A stretch of 64,000 nucleotides of DNA, taken from the NCBI RefSeq assembly GCF_009914755.1, contig NC_060932.1; one strand, given 5' to 3'. Under the pieces are notes generated by a model, which was not told the DNA's origin, did not search any database, and saw nothing but the letters and a program-made list of their open reading frames with translations. Shown here one piece after another: positions 60,081 through 64,000 of the stretch. Each line of letters starts with the position of its first letter. Position 1 is the first letter of the stretch. The translations under genes and the position numbers were made by a program. The stretch comes from the human T2T-CHM13v2.0 reference genome, Homo sapiens.

Positions 60081-62265
60081 AATTCTAAGGTGGCCTTAAT
60101 TTCTAAGGGACATGGCAAAAGACAGTCTAGTTGGATGAGTGCAGTCACTAATATTATTTCCATGTATGGAAAATAACTGTTTCCTTAGTAACAATTGCAT
60201 CAAATCAGTTCACCTGCTGCCCAATAGCAATCACAGGATGCATTGGGACAAATAAATATACTGACTGCCCCACAGCCACATGGTCTAAGTCAGTTACTGG
60301 AGAGCTGACTGAAGTTTGGGAAGCATATTCATCTTACGACACTGAGACATCCTCGGGGGGTTGCAAACACAGGTAGTGTGAAAATTATCAGAACATCCAA
60401 GAAAAGGAAAGTTTGACTAAGTGCCGATAAGATTTATGATGTCATGTCTGACATAGAATTGAAACCATCACAGAGCACATAGAGTGGTATATTTTCCTGT
60501 CAAATGAAAATCATTTTCTTTAAAAGTGAAATGAAAGTCTCTAAATACAAATTTACTAGAGGATGTGTAAATTTCCTACTTTTCATTACATACTCTGGAC
60601 CCAACAGAGGGAAATTGGAGCTGTCAGTGAGCCATACATGCAATCTGGTACAGGATCTATGGATTGAATAGACTTTTTTTCATGGAACTACACAAAGCCA
60701 GTCTTAGTCATTTCAAAGAAAATTTGTGGTCATTTCAAAACCACCAGCAATTCCAGGGACACCAAGTTGCATAATTCTAGGGGAAAGTGGACTAAAAGTG
60801 AATGGCAGCCTCTGGAGTTATACTGAGCATTATTCTTAAAATGTCAATTTGGCAAATAGGTGGTAAGCGAGATCTGTCTGCCAGATTGTTCACATCATCT
60901 CTGCTTTAAAAAGATTGATCATAGAATATGTTAAAATAAGACCTGTGGAGAGGAGGTATGAGCTATTTAAGGTGGAAAGGTGTGGGAGAGGGTGAAATTA
61001 GTTTTAAATTTTCTAAAGCACTTTTTAACAGGAAAAGAAGTTCTTGGGCACTGAAGGCAGAATTAGATTAAAAGTATTCAATACTCTTCCATTATCAGAG
61101 AAATAGTAAAGCTACTAGAGTGCTTTCTGGTTGGGAAGGAAGAAGGCTACCAACATCTTCAAATAAAGATGAGAAGTAGAGCATATTCTTGGTGGATGAA
61201 TGGATTCACGTGTACTTTTACTATATGCAAATGAAAAGAGCTTTAAAGATCAATAGTTTAGCAAGACTCTTATTTGAATAAGTGATCTTGGAGTGTTTAC
61301 CCATTGTAACAAAACTCCTTTTCTCATAATTAGAATCATTAAGAAATTTCTCCTACATTTTAGATGACGGAGGTGTGTGTGCACGTGTGTGTGTATGTGT
61401 GTGTGATCAACTCATTGCATATTTCTTAAACCACAATATTGTTTAAGGAATTTTAGAAAATAATTACTCAATAGGAAAATGTTGGCCAATCCTCAGATAT
61501 TTAGATAAGGCTGATTCAAATGCCTATTCTTTCACTGTTCTCACTATGACACTCTTATTTTTATTATTGGCCTGACTTCCGCAGTTATTTTGAAGTTACA
61601 GATTTTTAAATTTTGAGTTGAAAAAAAAGAGCAAATTTAGATTAAGGAATGAGAAGTAGTCCTCGCAGCCTCATGAATCTCCTGAAATTTCGAACGGCAA
61701 AATCTAAAATCTACAAGTTATTACCTTCTTACAGTAAATAGGTGGGTGTTATGGGTCGTTTTCTTTAACTTCTTTACTTGAAAAGGAATTAAATGATTTC
61801 CCTTTAACATAACTTCCCTTTGATTGTGCTCTGCTTCATGAAGTCTGATTTTATTTGCAATATAATTTACTTCAACTATTCACTGTACCCCATGAAGATT
61901 CAGCAGCATTTATAACTATTGTCCATAGTTTCAAAAACTAGGTTGTCTTTCTCTTCTCACCAAGTTTGGGATTAACTATGAAGAACCAAAGTGAACCCTT
62001 TCAACAACAAGGTTTGCTGTGGTTTTCAAGTTTTGCCTTTGTGTGGAACATTGTAATGACATAGTGGGAAAAGAAATATTTGGGGAGAGAATTAACCATG
62101 GCTGATACATAGCACGGGTATTTCTGAACAACCTACTAAATTATTTCTTAGAACATTTTGAAGTATATCTTGCCATAGGAGTGGGAACAGTTTCATACAA
62201 AAGCCTCCTCATGCTTCCAACTTTTCTTTAAAAAATTTTTTTAAAATTATTTTATTAAAAATAGA

Positions 62266-62700
62266 GGCCCGGCCCGATGGCTCACACTGGTAATCCCAGC
62301 ACTTTAGGAGGCTGAGGTGGGCAAATCACTTGAGGCCAGGAGTTTGAGAACAGCCTGGCCAACATGGTGAAACCTCATCTCTACTAAAAATCCAAAAATT
62401 AACCAGGCCCGGTGGCTCATGCCTGTAATCCCAGCATTTTAAGAGGCTGAGGCGGGTGGATCACTTGAGCCCAGGAGATAGCGACCACCCTGGGCAACAT
62501 GGCCAAACTTCATCTCTACAAGAAATACAAGTTAGCCTGGCGTGGTGGCACGCACCTGTGGTCCCAGCTACTCAGGAAGCTGAGGTGGGAGGATCACTTG
62601 AGTTCGAGGGTGCAGTGAACCAAGATCGCACCACTGCACTCCTTTGGCCTGGGACACAGAACAAGACCCTGTCTCAAAAAACAAAACAAAACAAAACAAC
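62266..62700 (+). mobile_element. Three-arm Alu (left-left-right)
   Basis: Left arm and linker (62266-62400), a second left arm (62403-62530), then a right arm and (AAAAC)n tail. Confidence 0.88.
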
Positions 62701-63170
62701 CCCCCCCCCGCCCCACACACACACAAATAGTGGAACTATAGCACACAAGAGCCATGCATGAGTCAGTGTTCTCCACGAAAGCAAGCTTCAAAGTGGAACT
62801 GAGAGACCGGGCTCTGATCCTCACCCTCCCACTAATACCAGGGTAGCCTCAGCCAAGTCACTTAAATTCATGTCTTGAGAGAAGACAGAATTAACTAAGG
62901 AATCCCCAAACAGCAGTTCCCTTAGTTGAAATCACAAACGTACACACACATACCCTGACTAAGGAGAGCTTCAAGAAAGGCTGGAAGACTTAGGAGAGGT
63001 CAATGGTGACAATCTTAATTCAGAGTTAAGGTTGTCTCTCTGTCAACTTTGCTCAACGTTGGAGCATCTGTTGTTCTCTTGCAATCCACATTCGTTTTCG
63101 AAAACACTTCAGAAACAAAAATAGCATCAGCGGTGGTTGCCTGTGAACCTAAAACATATCATTCCAATGA

Positions 63171-63431
<261 letters not shown>

Positions 63432-64000
63432 TGACTGGCCTGCCCAATTGTTGGGGACCCAGTGATGGGTCCGCACCCCACATCTCACGTGGATCTCCTT
63501 ACACTTGAATAAAGACAGTTCTGGCTCAGGTGGGATCTGAAGCCACAGGTTCATGAGAACTCCCCCTAGGCAGTGCCAGCCTTCATTTTAACACTGTACC
63601 TGGTTGGTGCCCTTGAGCCAGAGCTTCCTGCGAGGTTGGTAAAGGATGCTCTGCCCAGCTACTGAGCAGAAGATAGGTGATTGCTGTGGGGAACCGGTGG
63701 AACCCTGGCATGATCCCGCATCACCCAGCACATTGCCAGGAGAACCTTTCTAAAGAAGACAGCATGGAAGAGTGAGGAGAGGGCTGGAGTGGAGTGAGGA
63801 AGTGTGGCGTCCATGCTGGCTTTGCCATTCTCCAGCTCTGTGCTGTGGATCAAGTCACTTGTCATCTCTGGGCCTCCATTTACTGATCTGTAAAGCAGAG
63901 GTTGCACTAGATGTCCCTAAAAACACTCTACTTCCAAAATTTTCCAGTTGTAAACTTTAGGGAGCCTTTCTGGAAATTAAAAAAAAAAAGGGCTGGGCAG

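Overview
This is primate, almost certainly human, genomic DNA: about 54 kb upstream of the lipoprotein lipase gene LPL (human chr8p21), then the LPL promoter and CpG island, exon 1 (CDS 54484-54571), intron 1 (8.65 kb), exon 2 (63223-63383) and the start of intron 2. LPL is the only host protein-coding gene supported; nearly all other ORFs in the track are L1/Alu remnants or GC-rich noise. The upstream region is dense with retroelements. It holds an 11.2-kb nested composite (a 5'-truncated L1PA7-like element containing an Alu and a full-length younger L1, all with readable TSDs), a second full-length decayed L1 ending 3 kb upstream of LPL, about 22 Alus, several LTRs and old L1M pieces. I see no new multi-gene system. 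The most interesting signals are: (1) the nested L1's antisense ORF0 points at LPL and its first splice donor is in frame with LPL exon 2, predicting an ORF0-LPL fusion lacking the signal peptide; (2) about 10 shared non-consensus substitutions indicating gene conversion between the nested L1 and its host; (3) a 168-codon open ORF0 running out of the other L1 into flanking DNA; (4) two short templated insertions copied from 0.5 kb and 3.4 kb away; (5) candidate stop-containing cryptic exons in intron 1; (6) the LP-alpha element lying inside an old L1 3'UTR. Repeat subfamily names and literature positions are from memory and need RepeatMasker or database confirmation.
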